Shown: positions 28,102-46,700 of the stretch, piece by piece
Layout: every line of letters starts with the position of its first letter
Numbering within the stretch: position 1 is the stretch's first letter
DNA from: Paraspadella gotoi
Lineage: Eukaryota > Animalia > Chaetognatha
Direction: 5' to 3'
NCBI GenBank assembly: GCA_051294375.1
Contig: CM119269.1
Span: forward strand, 13,114,790 to 13,178,789
DNA: 64,000 bases
Notes under the pieces: generated by a model
What the model was told of the DNA's origin: nothing
Databases searched by the model: none
What the model saw: only the letters and a program-made list of their open reading frames with translations
Position numbers and translations under genes: made by a program

Positions 28102-29237
28102 TCCTCGACGGTAGTAACTTCTAAAGAAGTCGGCACCTTTGAAGAAAATGTCAAAAGTTGCGACATCTTTTGAAGGAAAATGCCGGCGAAACGTCATCTT
28201 TGGATTTTTTTTTAAATGCGAAAGAAATAACTACGAAATTCCTGAATTCATCTCGTGACTGCTGTTTCAGCCCTACTCAATGGGGTGAGTCAAAAATTTA
28301 GAATTATTACATGCTCAAACGAAAATTTATACATTTTGAAGTATACTTTCAATGGACAAAACATTTCTTATGTGGCTCTATACCCAAATAATTATTTTTT
28401 TAATATTTATTTATAAATAGGAAAGGCCAAAAATTTTTTTCAGAATTTTTAAATTTTAAGACCAGATTCAGATAGCTCATAAAGTATAAAGTATAAAGTA
28501 TAATTCTTTTTTAAATATTTTCATGTTAAGTGAGTCAAAAATAAGAAAAACCGTAAAAAATCATCATCATCATCATCTTTTGATAATTTTATCATTTTTT
28601 TTATATTTTCACATAGAAAACGTAAGAATTTTTAAAAGCTGTAATTATATTTCTTGTTTAACTTTTTATGCTCTATCAGAATCCATCAAAAAATTTTAAG
28701 ATTTAAAAAAAAAAATTTTATAATGTAAAAAAAGACAAGTAATATTTAATGTATTAATCAAGACGTATAATGTAAATTTTTTTTGAAAATGATTGCTTAA
28801 ATATTTAGTCAAGACAACTAAAAATACTTTGCTAATAGTCGAAATTTTATATTATCTCTGGAGTTGGTCCCTAGCTGAAACGCCATTTTCTTTTTTTCCC
28901 AAAAAATAATTTACTTGATATTAATAGGTGTAGCTAGCTATTTGTAACTGTATTTCATTTAAAAAAAACAGTCTAGTTTTAAAATAAAAGGTTCACCAAA
29001 ACAATTTCCAAATGAGATTAAAACAAATATTAGAAATTTCTAAAAAATAAAAAAATAAAAAAGTTCTAGCACTGATTTTCTGCCACTGAGTTGTGCTATT
29101 AATAAAAATATAGGTGTTCTCGTAAAACTTTACAAAGAAAGCCATCTTCTTAGACGCACAACAGTCACCCAAACCGATGAGACTCGCGGGAAAAGACTTC
29201 GACCAATAAAACGAATCAATTATTCGGCAACAGCCAA

Positions 29238-33091
<3,854 letters not shown>

Positions 33092-33394
33092 GCTGATGAT
33101 TATGATGATGCTGAAGAACGACTTAACCAGCAAAAACCTCATTTCGATCGCGTTTGAACGAAAACTCGATCTAAATTCTCGTTGATGATCTAAGCTGAAA
33201 AAAAAAATCACGGATTTCGTATGGAAATCTAAAACTGAATTAAATAAGATAAGGAAATACTTTTTTCGATGTACAATAAATAATTTGCGTGTTACAGGTT
33301 TATCACTAATTTCTTGGTGGCTGTCAATAAATATAACAAGTTACTTGTGATAAATCACGAAATTCTATTGAAACCGGTCAAGTTCTCGCCCTCC

Positions 33395-34229
33395 ATGTCG
33401 GACGACGACGAATACGCTGTCGCTCCGCCACCGCCGCCGTCTCCGCCGCCGTCGCCGCGCCGGTTTCGCCTCGATGTTGACAACGACGACGGACGGCGAC
33501 ACCGTCTATCGCCGATAGCCCGCCGGGCGCTTAAAGCGGCGCCAGGGACGCCGGACGCAATTCGACGCCGCAGCGCGACGCCGCTTCTCTTTGGAACCAA
33601 ATGGGGAAAGTTTTACGACGCCGCTCAAGCCCTTAATCAGGTAGGGGGAGCAAGTGGCAAGCATTTTGCAATTAGCATGAAAAGAGGTTGGGTGAGGACT
33701 TGCGTTTCTTTTTTACCACCTCACCCCTGACTTGACTTAATGGCAAAGCGTTTGAACACACCATCCTGGACAATCTTGATTTTCATCAACGTTTTCATTA
33801 TTTTTCGCTTCGTTGACAATTCGTAACGGTAATAGTGTAACCGTGCCCGTGAGAGGATCTGGACCCCATGATGGCAACCGGTCAGATGCCCCTCCCCTTA
33901 CTGTGGCACTTATATCCGAATTCAGGTTCGGTTTAATAGATTAGTGAAATTTGATTAGTTTAATTGGTTAAGTTTAATTAGTTAATTTAAGTTTCTCTGA
34001 ATTCGGATTTTAGTTTTATAGAATCTAATCTCGGTTAAATACAGCTCGTTAACCTCAATTATATAAATTCATGGTTCTGTTCTTATTTTATAACTTTTTT
34101 CGTGATTGTTGGATGTACGTTGTGGTTGTTCATTTTTAAAAAAAATTAATTTAAATTAAAAATCTATCTTCTATTTTCTATAATATATAATCGAGTTCTG
34201 TTTACCTTTTATCCCCAACGACGTCGTTG

Positions 34230-34301
<72 letters not shown>

Positions 34302-34452
34302 AACGGAACTCGCAAAAGCGTTTTTACTCCGTCTGTTTATCGCTTCACTGGAAACGGAAGCCGAGGTTCATTTGCAAATTTCTCTCCGGTTCCATAGCCG
34401 AAGAAAATCTTGCCGTTCTTACGAAAAATCCCTAGCTACTCTTAAATCCTAT

Positions 34453-34547
<95 letters not shown>

Positions 34548-36176
34548 CATGATAGCACCACGAAAGCATGAGCCAGCTAACCAACGCGGGAGTAGTTGGT
34601 TTCGAGCTCAGCACGGACTTGGCGCAGGATAAACATTAATTTTGGTTTCGTCTTCTCCCCCCCCCAAAAAAAAAAATCGATTTTCGCGCTGCGTCGAGCG
34701 TCGAGCGCCACGATAAACTATAGAGGTCTACCACTAGAGATCAGTTTATATTTTTCGAATTCTTACGGAAACCAGAGACTGGGTTCTAACTTATCTTGGC
34801 CCCGTCCCCTGCGGCGACGGTTTTGAAAATATTTGATTTTGATTTTCTACAGCACATTACAATTTACACGACGAAACGATCAATCAAAAACGGTGTTATC
34901 AGCACAAAAGGAAAACAATTTTAAAAGTTTTAAATGACTTAATCAATTTTTAAAGGCGGCCTTCTTTTACTTTAAAGATTATTAAAAAAAGTGTACTTTT
35001 AAGCGACAAATTACAATTAATACACGAAACTGTTATTCAAAAATGTAGTATATTAGAAGCTAACGAATGCATAGCGTCTGGATCAAGCCTAACGAAAAAT
35101 ACAACATTAGACTTTTTAAATTATTTTATAACTTCAATCATTTCTCGGTTTTTACCCGAGTTACATCACAAATGAACTCAATTACCGCTGAGCTCCGGTT
35201 AACCGCCGGTTCAGGGCCATGTCTCTATCTCCCTAATCGCTCTCGAGATCTCGCTGTCTCCCCTTAATTTTTCCCTCGCGATATTCCACCAAAAATCTGT
35301 CTTAATTAGCAACGCCGACTTTTTTAAATATTTTTTTCGTATTCGGCCTTCGACGACCGAATTCCTCATTTATATTTCTCGTTTAAAATAAATAAAAATA
35401 AATAAATTTTTAAAAAAATTCCAAAAATCTCAAATAACTCCTCTCCCCCCATCTCTCCGATTGGTCGTCCAGAATAATCGTCGTCCAATCAGAGATCGAG
35501 AAATTCGACGTATTCGTTGTTTATTCTGTTCTACCTGAACTCGGTTTCGGCGACGAAACTTGAAAAAAAAAGAGAATTTAATCTTTTTCTTTTATTCTCG
35601 CTGTTTGTTCTCTCGAGTCGGATCGAGAAATAAAAAAAGAAGATTTGCAAATAAGGTCTCTGACGTTAAATTGACTTTGCTACCTTACTCGACTCCTATA
35701 TTTCTAAACTTACCCAACCTTTACTCTCGTCCTTACCGCGAATCGGCTTTTATGAAAAACTCGATTCGCCCTGAAATCGACGACCGAAATTCTTGCCTCA
35801 CCCGTCGCTATGACAACGAAAACAATAACAACAACTACGAAGGAGCTCTTCGCGGAATTGGCGTGACTCGACGAAGGCGAAGCTCCGTAGCACCGCAGTC
35901 GCCGGCGGCACCGCAATCCGCTTCTCCGTCCTCCTCGCCCGCCGATCGTCGCCCTCGCCTCCCGGGGATGTCGACGAGCTGTTGCGGCGGAGACTCCGAC
36001 TCGATCGAACTCAAAGACTTTGAACTCGGACGAAACGAGGACGACAGCAAGAATGACAAAGGGTCGCACAGCAACCAATTACTGCTCAAGGATTTGAATC
36101 GCGCCACCGGTAGTGTAGTAATAAGTTTATTGATCAATCCAAGCGCTGCGATTTCACTATCATCACGAAAATCACC

Positions 36177-36229
<53 letters not shown>

Positions 36230-37604
36230 TTAACGGAGTCGTTTGTATTCATTATATCGATTCACTTATAGTTTCCTTTACTTAAATCGTAACTGCTGAC
36301 TCCGCAGGAGTTATCCATTGATCGCTCACTCAACCAAAACCACTTAAACACGATCCGTCAAACACCGTAACCCAACTAAAAACCACCCAAACTCCACCAA
36401 AACGACTCAAACTCAATCAAAACAACCCAAACTCAACCATGGCCACCCAAACTCAACCAAAACCACCCAAACTCAACCATGACCACCCAAACTCAACCAA
36501 AACCACCCAATCTCAACCAAAACCACCCAAAATCAACCAAAACTACCCAAACTCAACCAAAACCACCCTAACCCTCAGGCTTACCGACAGACGAACCCGA
36601 CGGCATCGGCCGACGCTATCAATTCGCCAAGAAACCCAAACAACAAAAGATCATGAATTCCAACGAAAATTATCAGTTCGACTCACTACATCAGGTGATG
36701 AATATAAGGAGCTGATGGGGTTGGGGAGGGAGAAATTCTGGGGGATGCGTGGAGTCTGGAGCAGTTTAAGGATGGGGGGGAGAAGAAAGAAAGTGGCAAA
36801 CGAAAAACAATTCTGTCGTGATCGTTATTATCTCCGTACGATTGACGGGATGATCCAAAAAATCGACATTAGTAATGATAACATTTGACGAAACGTGGCA
36901 AGTATAGAATGTTGATTTTTAATTTATATCGAAACGAAACAATGTGTACTTTGCCTCACCCCGTAAATTAATCCTCGAGAGCATAGTCTATTCGGCCTTA
37001 TTTCTCGGAACAGCCACATTTAGTTAAGGTTAAGGTTTAAATTAGTGATTTAGATTACAAATTAGGTAAATGTTTAGGGTTAGGGATTAGGGTTAAGGAT
37101 TAGGGTTTAAGGTAAGTGGTTAGGGTTATAGATTATGGATAAAGGGTTGGGGTTTAAGGTTATTGTGAAATTGTAAAATTTTATTTAAACAAAGATTTTT
37201 ATTCCGTAACAAGAGTCGAAACATGTACGTTTCTTAATTGAATATTAAATATTAAATATTAAATATTAAGAATAAAATTAAATTCAGGGATAAAGGAACG
37301 GAAATAGGGCGCTCTGGGAAAAGAGAGACAACAATTCCTTATTCTCAGTTTTTTTTTATAATTCCAAATCACACACGCACTCAATCCCTTCTGCTCGGCT
37401 ATTGGTCGCGGTCATCGTAGCCTTGTTTTTGCATTGGCAGAAAATTACATCGAGAATTCGTTTTGAGGATTTCCATTGGGGAAACTGTCCTCGCGAAGAC
37501 AATGTTGNNNNNNNNNNAAATCATTACTCTCTCTGAGACTCGAATTCTGTTTTTTCATGAATAAAAGGAAAACGAAATCCAACCGGTTTCTCGCTCCTGA
37601 AAAT

Positions 37605-37703
<99 letters not shown>

Positions 37704-40700
37704 GTCACTGTCCTACAGACAGAGTAAATGTAATTTACGCCCTGTTACTTTTTTATCACGAGACACGAGGAAGAAAATGAGAAGACAAAAAAAATGACGC
37801 CAACCAAAAACAGTTGAAGCGCTGCAACCATTCAGAACATTTTCCCATTGAAAACAGTGGATAACGCCTGTTTGTTCGCTTAATTGTTCGCCTCTTTGCT
37901 GTTCGTTCGCTTCGTTCGCTCCTTCGTTCACTTTCCCAATGAAAAGCCTTGGATATTCGGAGCTGCGACTCCATGGCAGCGGAAACGACGACGACGACGA
38001 CAACGACGATAATAACGTCGAGGGCGACGACGATGGAGATCGGGAATTGTTAGACGGCGACGATGACAACGACGATGACAACGACGATGACAACGACGAC
38101 GTGAACAACAACGACGCTGAAAATGCGGAAGAAAAACCAGCAAACAACGGGCACCTTAGTGAGTTTTTTAGCCTACGAAATAAATGCAATATAAAATGAT
38201 ATTTTCAATATAATTATCAGTATCAAAATATTTACGATCTCTATCACGCCCCTCGCAATCGTCCGCGAAGACGCTTCGCGCTTCCACGTCTCCCCCGCGA
38301 GCCCCAATGGGGTCCCTGCCACTCACTTTCCACCCGTCACCCCCGTCTCGCCCACAATCTCCGTCCAATTCCATCGCGACGACGACGATGATCTACTCCG
38401 CAAAGATTCGACCAAGTCGACGACGTCCTCGGTCTTCGATCCCGCGGTGGCGCGTCGAACGGCCTACGAGCGGTTCGTCGATCAGCAGAGAGTCGCCTCT
38501 TACAATCCGCAGGACACAATTGATTCGGTCAATTGGAGATTTTACGCCGACGCGCAAAGGGACAAGAATTGGTGGATCTTTCAGGTGGCGCCGGAGGGTG
38601 GCCGTTGAGGGTTGGCGCGAAGGGTGGCGCGGAGATTTGGGGCGTGGAGGATATAAAGCCTTACTTAATGGTCTTGTGTGAAAATAGTTCACTTTCAACG
38701 CTTATTAGCGATTTCTTGAATTTCGGCCAACACTGGTAGTCAATAACCCCCCCCCCCAAAAAAAAAGACAAAGGGAAATCAAAAATGTGATTTCTGTTAA
38801 GAATTGCCTTTTTTAGGTCATCCAAACCGTGGCAAAACGTGGCGAAACTTGTCACGGAATTTAACAATTTTATCAACTTTTTTCATCCACGTTCCAGTTG
38901 TGACTTGTGAGAGAACCTGTTATGACATCTGTGACGAGCTGTTGTTGTTGCGGTTTCCTTTCCGACCGGTCCGATGTTCTTTTGTAAATCGAGATGGATT
39001 TTTAACACGAATCTCTTTTCATTTTTTTCCTCCAGACGGCGAGAGATGGAGACCCCGAACAAATGCGCAAAGTTTTGGAGGACATCACCGGCGACGAAGA
39101 GAAAGTCAGACAAAAGGTCAACGTCCATGACGAAGACTCTCTCAGTCCTTTGCACTACGCAGCGCGATACAACCATCTGGAAATTGTTCAGCTACTTGTG
39201 GAAAAGGGAGCAGGTTAATGAATGAATGAATTAATTGTTCAGCTACTTGTGGAAAAGGAAGCAGGTTGATGAATGAATGAATTAATTGTACAGCTACTTG
39301 TGGAAAAGGGAGCAGGTTGATGAATGAATGAATTAATTGTTCAGCTACTTGTGGAAAAAGGAGCAGGTTGATGAATGAATGAATTAATTGTTCAGATACT
39401 TGTGGAAAAAGGAGCTTATTGAATGAATAAATGAATTAATGATAGAATTAATTATTAACGAAAAGAAGGAATAAATGAATATGGGAATGATTGAATGGAA
39501 TGAATATGGAATTAATGAAGATAACGATTAACGAATTTTGATACTGTTATACAAAACTATCAACCAAGCAATCATATCAATTCTAGATGTCAACAATCTG
39601 GGCGAAGATGGCGCCACCCCCCTTCATTTTGCCGCCAGATACAAAAGAGACACCAGAGGTCGGAACAGTAGCGGCTTGAGCCCCAACAGTGATACCAAGG
39701 TGAAACAACGATTATAAAAAAAGAAATGAAAACGGTAAAAGAGTATGAATCACGACGAATTATCGGTTTTAAACGTTTAATAGTATTAATAGTATTTTCG
39801 GGATAAATTCCATTAGTTCATCAGATATTTTTTAGCAGTACTACGTTGTCGCGCGCTCGCAACGGACCTTAGACTTTTTAAGTCTTAATTTAATTTTTTC
39901 CATTTTTTAAAATTAAAATTGAAAACCGAACACCAGGTTCGACGTCTCAGCGCACCCTCTCCCCCTTGTCCTCGAACGATGGTACGACAACTCCCCCGCG
40001 TTTTCTTATATATTTACAAATAGAAACAAACCTTTAAAATAGAACATTTGCAGGAGTAAGTAATTTATTATTCAGATAAAGGAACGAATTAATTTGATTT
40101 TCACTAATTCACCAATGCCATACGAATGAAGTTCACGGTAAAAAGCTTGGATGGAGGAAAGCTTGCTTAAAAATGCTTGTCCAGGAAAACGGGGATGCAC
40201 GCAATGCCTTGAAATCTATGCAAAATCTGGTTCAGGGAAGTTTCTTCCCCCCCCCCCACGAATGAGAGTTTCTCACCGCGACGAGCGTCGAAGATGTAGA
40301 TCGTTTTATAAATTTTGGTGTCATGGGGTTTTTTTTTTTTACATCGTACAAACTTTACGAAATGAACTGATTAACCAGCGGGTAATAACCACGTCCCATT
40401 TGGATAATTTAAATCTCAATTTTCTCTTTCACTCTCTTTCTCTCCCATTCGCGATCAAGTCCATGACGTTTCAAGACAACGAAGAAGAGGAAGAGGAAGA
40501 GGACGAGTCTGATCTGCAGGACGCGGCCGATCTTTACATAGGCGATCAAGTCATTCGCTATTTGCTGCGGGAAGGAGCAGAGATCGATCTCATGGTGCGC
40601 GACAAAATTAGGGACATATTTTTTTAAAAAAGGGCTCCATTCATAGATTTAATATATAGTTAAGTTAGTTAGGAAAAGGGTTAGTTTAAAAGGGTTAGGA

Positions 40701-43700
40701 AAAAGGAATAGGTTGGAGAATAAGTTAGGGATATCATTAGGGTTAATGATTTGGTCAGAGATTAGGGAGATTATTTGGATTAAAATTAAGGCACAGAATG
40801 GGATTATTAAATAAATGATTAATTTTTATACTGGTTGTGCCAATTTCACAATATTCATCTATCCATTTTTCTTGTCAATCCATCCAAACATTTTCACATC
40901 ATTTCATCCATACATCCATCAATCCATTTCTTTATCCAGGACGACTACGGATGCACAGCGTTGCATTTCACCGCGATGCGCGGCAACACAGTTGCGGCGC
41001 ACGAATTGCTGCAACACGACGCTTCGTTGGAGCTCAAGGACAAGCAAGGGATGACGCCGTTGCATCTTGCTTGCGCTCACGATTCCCAGGATGTGGCCCG
41101 GATGTTGCTCAGAAAGGGTAAGTGCGGAGAACTAAAGTTTGAACGAGCTTGCAAGCTTTGTTTTTATGTCAAAATGATATAAACCATTAACCTTTATTAT
41201 TTGACTTTGTGATAGGGAAGAAAGGTGCTCCGGGAGTTATTAAACAGGACTTGATTGAAAGCTTGCAGTGTCCTGTTATGTTATTATCTTTTATAAACGA
41301 TAAAGGCCTCTAAACCAACCATAGCCAGTTGAAATTCAGAGGCAATATTGCCATTTATTGAATGAATGAATAATTTTTACATTTATTGTACAAGAAATTT
41401 ACTTTATTTGCTGTACACTGCATAAGCAATATAATAAACTGCTTACGATGAACTTTAGGAGCCGACATCCGCAGCCTCGATGCCGAAGAGAACACGCCCC
41501 TCCACGTGGCGGCCTCTAACGGAAGTCTCAGGATCGCAGAGTTTATCCTCAACCGAGCGAGAGAGATGGATGAGGGAGATAAGATGATCAAACAGGTGAT
41601 GATGAGGCTGTTGGTGATGATGAAGATGATGGTTTTATCTAATGAAGGAGTTGATGTTGATCAAGGTGATGTAAATGATGGTAATGATGGTGATGATTGT
41701 TATAATGATGATGATGTTACTCGTGATAATGATGATATTAATAATGATGGTGATGATGATGACGAAACGCTTTTGAAATGTTTAACCTTTTGACGGTAGA
41801 ACCGATTTGAAAATCGTATTTAGTTTTGCATTTGACTGTTTTTTTTTTAGTTGTTGAAAGCGAGAGATCGAGATGGAGACACGCCCCTTCATTGCGCCGT
41901 CCTCAACAGGCATCTCAGTTTGGTGGGTGAACAAAAGAGCATCAATGGAATTTAAATAATATATTAATCAATTAAATATATATGAATAATAACAATGGCG
42001 ATACGAACCCCCATGCCGATCCTTAGGTGACTCTGTGCATCGACAACGGAGCCGATGCCAACGTCTTGAAGACAAATTGGAACACACCTCTGCATCTGGC
42101 GGCAGTTTGCGGAGATGAACAGATCGCTCAACTGCTTTTGGGTACAAATACGGAAACGGCAGACCTAGTAGTGACGGATTTCTTGATGCGACTGCTTTTT
42201 TACATTCCCATTGCTGATGAGTGAATAGAGAATCATTAATCATAATAATCAATATATGTTGTTGAAATTACAGTCCGTTGATGAGTAATTATGAACATTT
42301 TCAAATAAAGAATTAAAGATATTTTTGTTACGATCTCATTAAAATTCTGGAGTTATAAAGACAATTGTTCCTGTGGATGAAATGGATGGAGCACAATGTT
42401 TTAGCATAACGCGATTGGAACCATACTTGTCAAAAATTGTTGGGCCAAGTTTTACGGGGATTGCAACAAACATCCGTATAGTGCTTGATGTACTGTAGAT
42501 TGTGCTGCTAACCCCTCCCTTCGTCTTCTCACCCCCGCCCCCCTATCGCCCGATCTCACCCCCCGCCAGACTCCCGCGCTCGAATCGAGGCCCGTAATCA
42601 AAACCGCGAGACGCCGCTTCATCGCGCCGCCTCCTTCAATCACGTCAAGATCATGGAGTATCTCCTCGATCGAGGCGCCAAGATCGAAAGTCGGGACGAC
42701 GAGAGCTTCACTCCGCTGCTGCTGGCGGCTTACAGGTAAGGGTTAGCGAAGAGGGTGAGGGCAACGCGTACTCTTTAATAGTAATGCGATAAAAGTAACA
42801 AGAGAAAAAATAGAGAGAGAGTGAGAGATTTAGAGCAGGGCTTCTTTTTCAGTCGCAGGGATTTAATTAATTAACTCATTAGACACATTAGACAATGAAT
42901 ATAATCCACAGAGGTCACGTGGAAGCGGTCAAGCTTCTCTTGAAACGAAAGGCCAACATCAAAGCCAAAGACAAGGACGACAAGACGGCGCTTTACTGGG
43001 CAGCGGCGGAGAACAAGTACGACGTTGTTAAGGTAAGTTATCTTTCGGGTGAGATCCGAATTGTAAAGTACAAAATAAAGTGTGATCACGGTGAGAGATT
43101 ACATCCAGGTTTTGTTGGACGAACTGAAAAAGAAGAAGAAGATCGATCAACAGACGATGGTCAACGAAGGCGACAGATTTGGCAACACGGCCTTGCACGA
43201 GGCAGCATTCAACGGGTAAGGTTAAAGTTGGGAGTGAAACTTACCTCTTTACCTAAAATGATTTCGCGATGAAAGAATATCGAGAGATATTAGGCTGTTA
43301 TAATCCAGCGGAACTTGAGGCAGTTGTGATTAGCTTTGTAAATGTGTTTACGTATGAAATTTTTTTAAAAAAATCCTTATGGAAGGGAAGAGATAATTGT
43401 TATATTAGTTGTGCTAATTTCATAGTAAAATATATTCCAGATATCATAATGCAAGTTGTTGTTATTGTTGTTGTTGCTCGAACTTAGTTTCATCGAAGTG
43501 ACGAAACTTTTGCTCGACTTCGGCGCCGCCGTCGAGACGAAGAACGAAGAAGAAGAGACGCCGCTACATCTGGCGGCGAAAAAGGGAAGACTGAGGACGA
43601 TTAGAGGTGAGGCGAAAGAGAAGTAAAGGAAAAGAAAAGGAGAGAAAGAAAAAAGAAACGAATCAGAAAAGGAAAGGAATGAAATTAAGGAAAGACAAGG

Positions 43701-46700
43701 AGAGCAAAGGAAAATAAAGAAAAGTTAGGGAAAGGAATGAAAGGGATAGAAAAGAAGAAAAAACGTAAATAAAAAGGGAATAAAACGTGAAGATAAGAAA
43801 AGAATAAAGAGAGAAACCGCATCCAATGGATAAAACATGAATAAAACGTTTTTTCCAAAATTCTTTTTTTTTTCGATCCTCAGCTCTGGTTCACCAAAGA
43901 CCGAATCTCATCAGCGACGAGGACGAGAATTCCAACACGTCTCTCCATCTAGCGGCTTTGGAAGGACACCACCAGGTCGTTGGAATATTTACAATTAAGA
44001 AACTCAACTAATTTGTTTTTTTTTACAATAAATTTAAGTACTCTTTCCAATCATTAAAAAACTTACTATAAACAAACTGTGGCTACAAAAGTTTTCAAGC
44101 TTCGGGGTTAAATTGTTTTTAGCAAGATAAGTTGGTTACTGACTCTGTCTCACTCTCTTTCTCTCTTGTCTCTCTGTCTCTCTTCTTAATTTGGTCAGTG
44201 CCGCGCTCTTTCCGTATTAGACTATTATTCTTAATTCATCTTTCCTACTTTTTCATACTCCTTTCTCTCTGTCTTATTTCTCTCTCTTATTTCTCAATAA
44301 AAAAAAGTCGTGGGGCTCAAAATGATTCAATAAAAATAAACATAATAATTTTTTTGGTAAAATCAAAACAAAACCCCTTATATATAATATATAGTATAAT
44401 TTGCTTTTCCCTCTTCCTTTCAACATCTCTCATCGTCATCAGGCCGTGCGCATCCTGGTCGAAGCCGGTGCAGACATCGATGCTCGCAACATTCAACTCT
44501 GGACTCCGCTCGACTGCGCTGCAGCGAAGGGTTGGACCAAGACGGCGCGGGCGCTGCTGGATGCCGACGCGCCCGTCGATCCCACGGATAGATCCAAGGT
44601 AACGTGGGTGGTTGGATGGCTTTATTCCGTATATATGTAAGTAAAATGCTGTTTCAGATTTATAAATATCTAAAGTTAAATTATTGATTAAATTATTGAT
44701 TATTGATTAATTCGTGTTTAAAACCTGGACAATGTCAATTTTATTCGCTAAATGTTGGTCCATTGTCAATTTTTTTTTATATGCGTTTTTTTATACTACA
44801 GCCTAAAGCATTTCTATAAAACATTTAGCCGAGCGATTTTACTTTAAATTTCAGATTAGAGGAAAAACGAAATTTTTTCGCGCTTTAACAACATTTATAT
44901 ATAAAAAAAAAAAATGTTGTTAAAGCTCGAAAAAATTTCGTTTTTCCTCTAATCTATTTCAAACAAAAAACGAAAGGATTATCACAAATGTCTACTTTAA
45001 ATTTCATAAAATTCAAATTTTATTGTCGCATTTTAAATTATTTTTCATTAAACTAAAACCCAATAAATAACATCTGTTTTTTTCCTTCAACCAGACGACG
45101 CCTTTAATCCTGGCCTCACGTGAAGGTCACGTGAAGATGGTGAATCTGCTGATGTCCAAAGGCGCCTCCATCGGTCACTGCGACTCAGAGGGACGGAACT
45201 GCCTCGATATGGCCTTGGAAAACGATCACCAGTGAGTTAGGAGGGGAATTAGGAAATTATGACCTAAAAGTTCTATAATTAAAAAATCGCGAATCCGGAT
45301 TCCGGCGGATTCCATTTTCGGTTCTGATTTCATCTGCGATGGTTTATTCAATTTTAATTTTAAAAATGAGACTGTGGCGATTTTTCGATTACCCTCACCC
45401 TAACAATTGATAACTATGAGGGTGAAGGTAAAATAATTAATTATGTTGCTATTCAAAAACAGTGTTAAACAGTGTTATAGTTGTGCCTTTATTATAAACA
45501 ATAAGCGGTGAATGCAATCAGAGAATGAAACAAATGCTAGATCCTTGAAAAAAAATATTTAGATTTGATCGACATTGCCTAAATTTTGTTGTCTTCTGCT
45601 AGAAATCATTTTTAATACAACTTAAAATAGGAGGCTTGTTATATTATGCGAAAAATTATTTTGATGTGATATTAAACCTGGGATTCTGATGTTGTTTGTG
45701 ATTGTGAAATGTTTTGTTTTATAATTACGAAAAATTCAAATGAATAAATTAAAAAGAGTGTAGTCGGGCATTGCCTAGGTTCACCCCGCCTATAAGCATG
45801 ACACCTTCAGTCCTGACCCGGTGGCTCATTGAGTAAAGCTATCAGCTTATAACCATTAGGTACCGGGTTTAATCCCAACCCGGTACTTACCCTGTGGGAA
45901 GTGTGAGGACGGCCGTAAGCCGCTTTGGGGGCGTGGCTACCCCTCAAACCTGGTTCCAAGCCCAGGACCTGTTCCATGGCTATTAAAGGGGGTTATAGAA
46001 GTTATGTATAGTCATCTTTAGCCTACTTAGCGCTTTATCCACAAGAGTTCCAGAAAATCACAGTTTTCATAAATTTTTTGAATGAATATTTGCTTTCCTG
46101 GTCTGTTTGTTTCTTTAGTTTGCTGTTCAGGTTTACAAAAAAAAAAAAAACGAAATAAAAGTTATCGAAAAAAAAAACAAAGCTAAGTAAGTGTTCTCAA
46201 TTTTCAGAATCTTCAAAATACTCTCTCATATTTCCTATGCTCAAATCTATTTTAATCAACATCACCGTTTCATCGACTTTCATTTTGCTTTTCTCCGTGA
46301 CCAAAGTTCCGTTGCATTCCCGACAAATTCCTCCACAAATTTGATCCTCTTTGAAATAACGCAATGCCTCGATCGTAAACTTCTCCTCACATTCTTCTCC
46401 AGCGGGTGCATTGAATTTTCTGATTTGGATATCTTGGTCCTCAATGGTCGTATTCCAGTTCCTCCAAACTTTTCCTCCCATCTCGATGAAATATTGGTTT
46501 TTGTTTTTAGTTTTTTTCACTTGGAACTCTTCAAAGACTCTCCAATACCAGGTGCCTTTATCGAGGAAAAATAGACTAAAATCGGACAATTTTTCCCAGA
46601 ACGCCCCATTTTAAATATTAAGGTTAAGGTTTAGGTTAGGGATTAGGTCAGTGATTAAGGTTAGAGTTAAAAATTAAAGATAAGGGTTTAGGGTTAAGGT

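Noticed and set aside
39182-39436. CRISPR-like array
   Set aside because: Eukaryotic context, and the whole unit repeats with no unique spacers.
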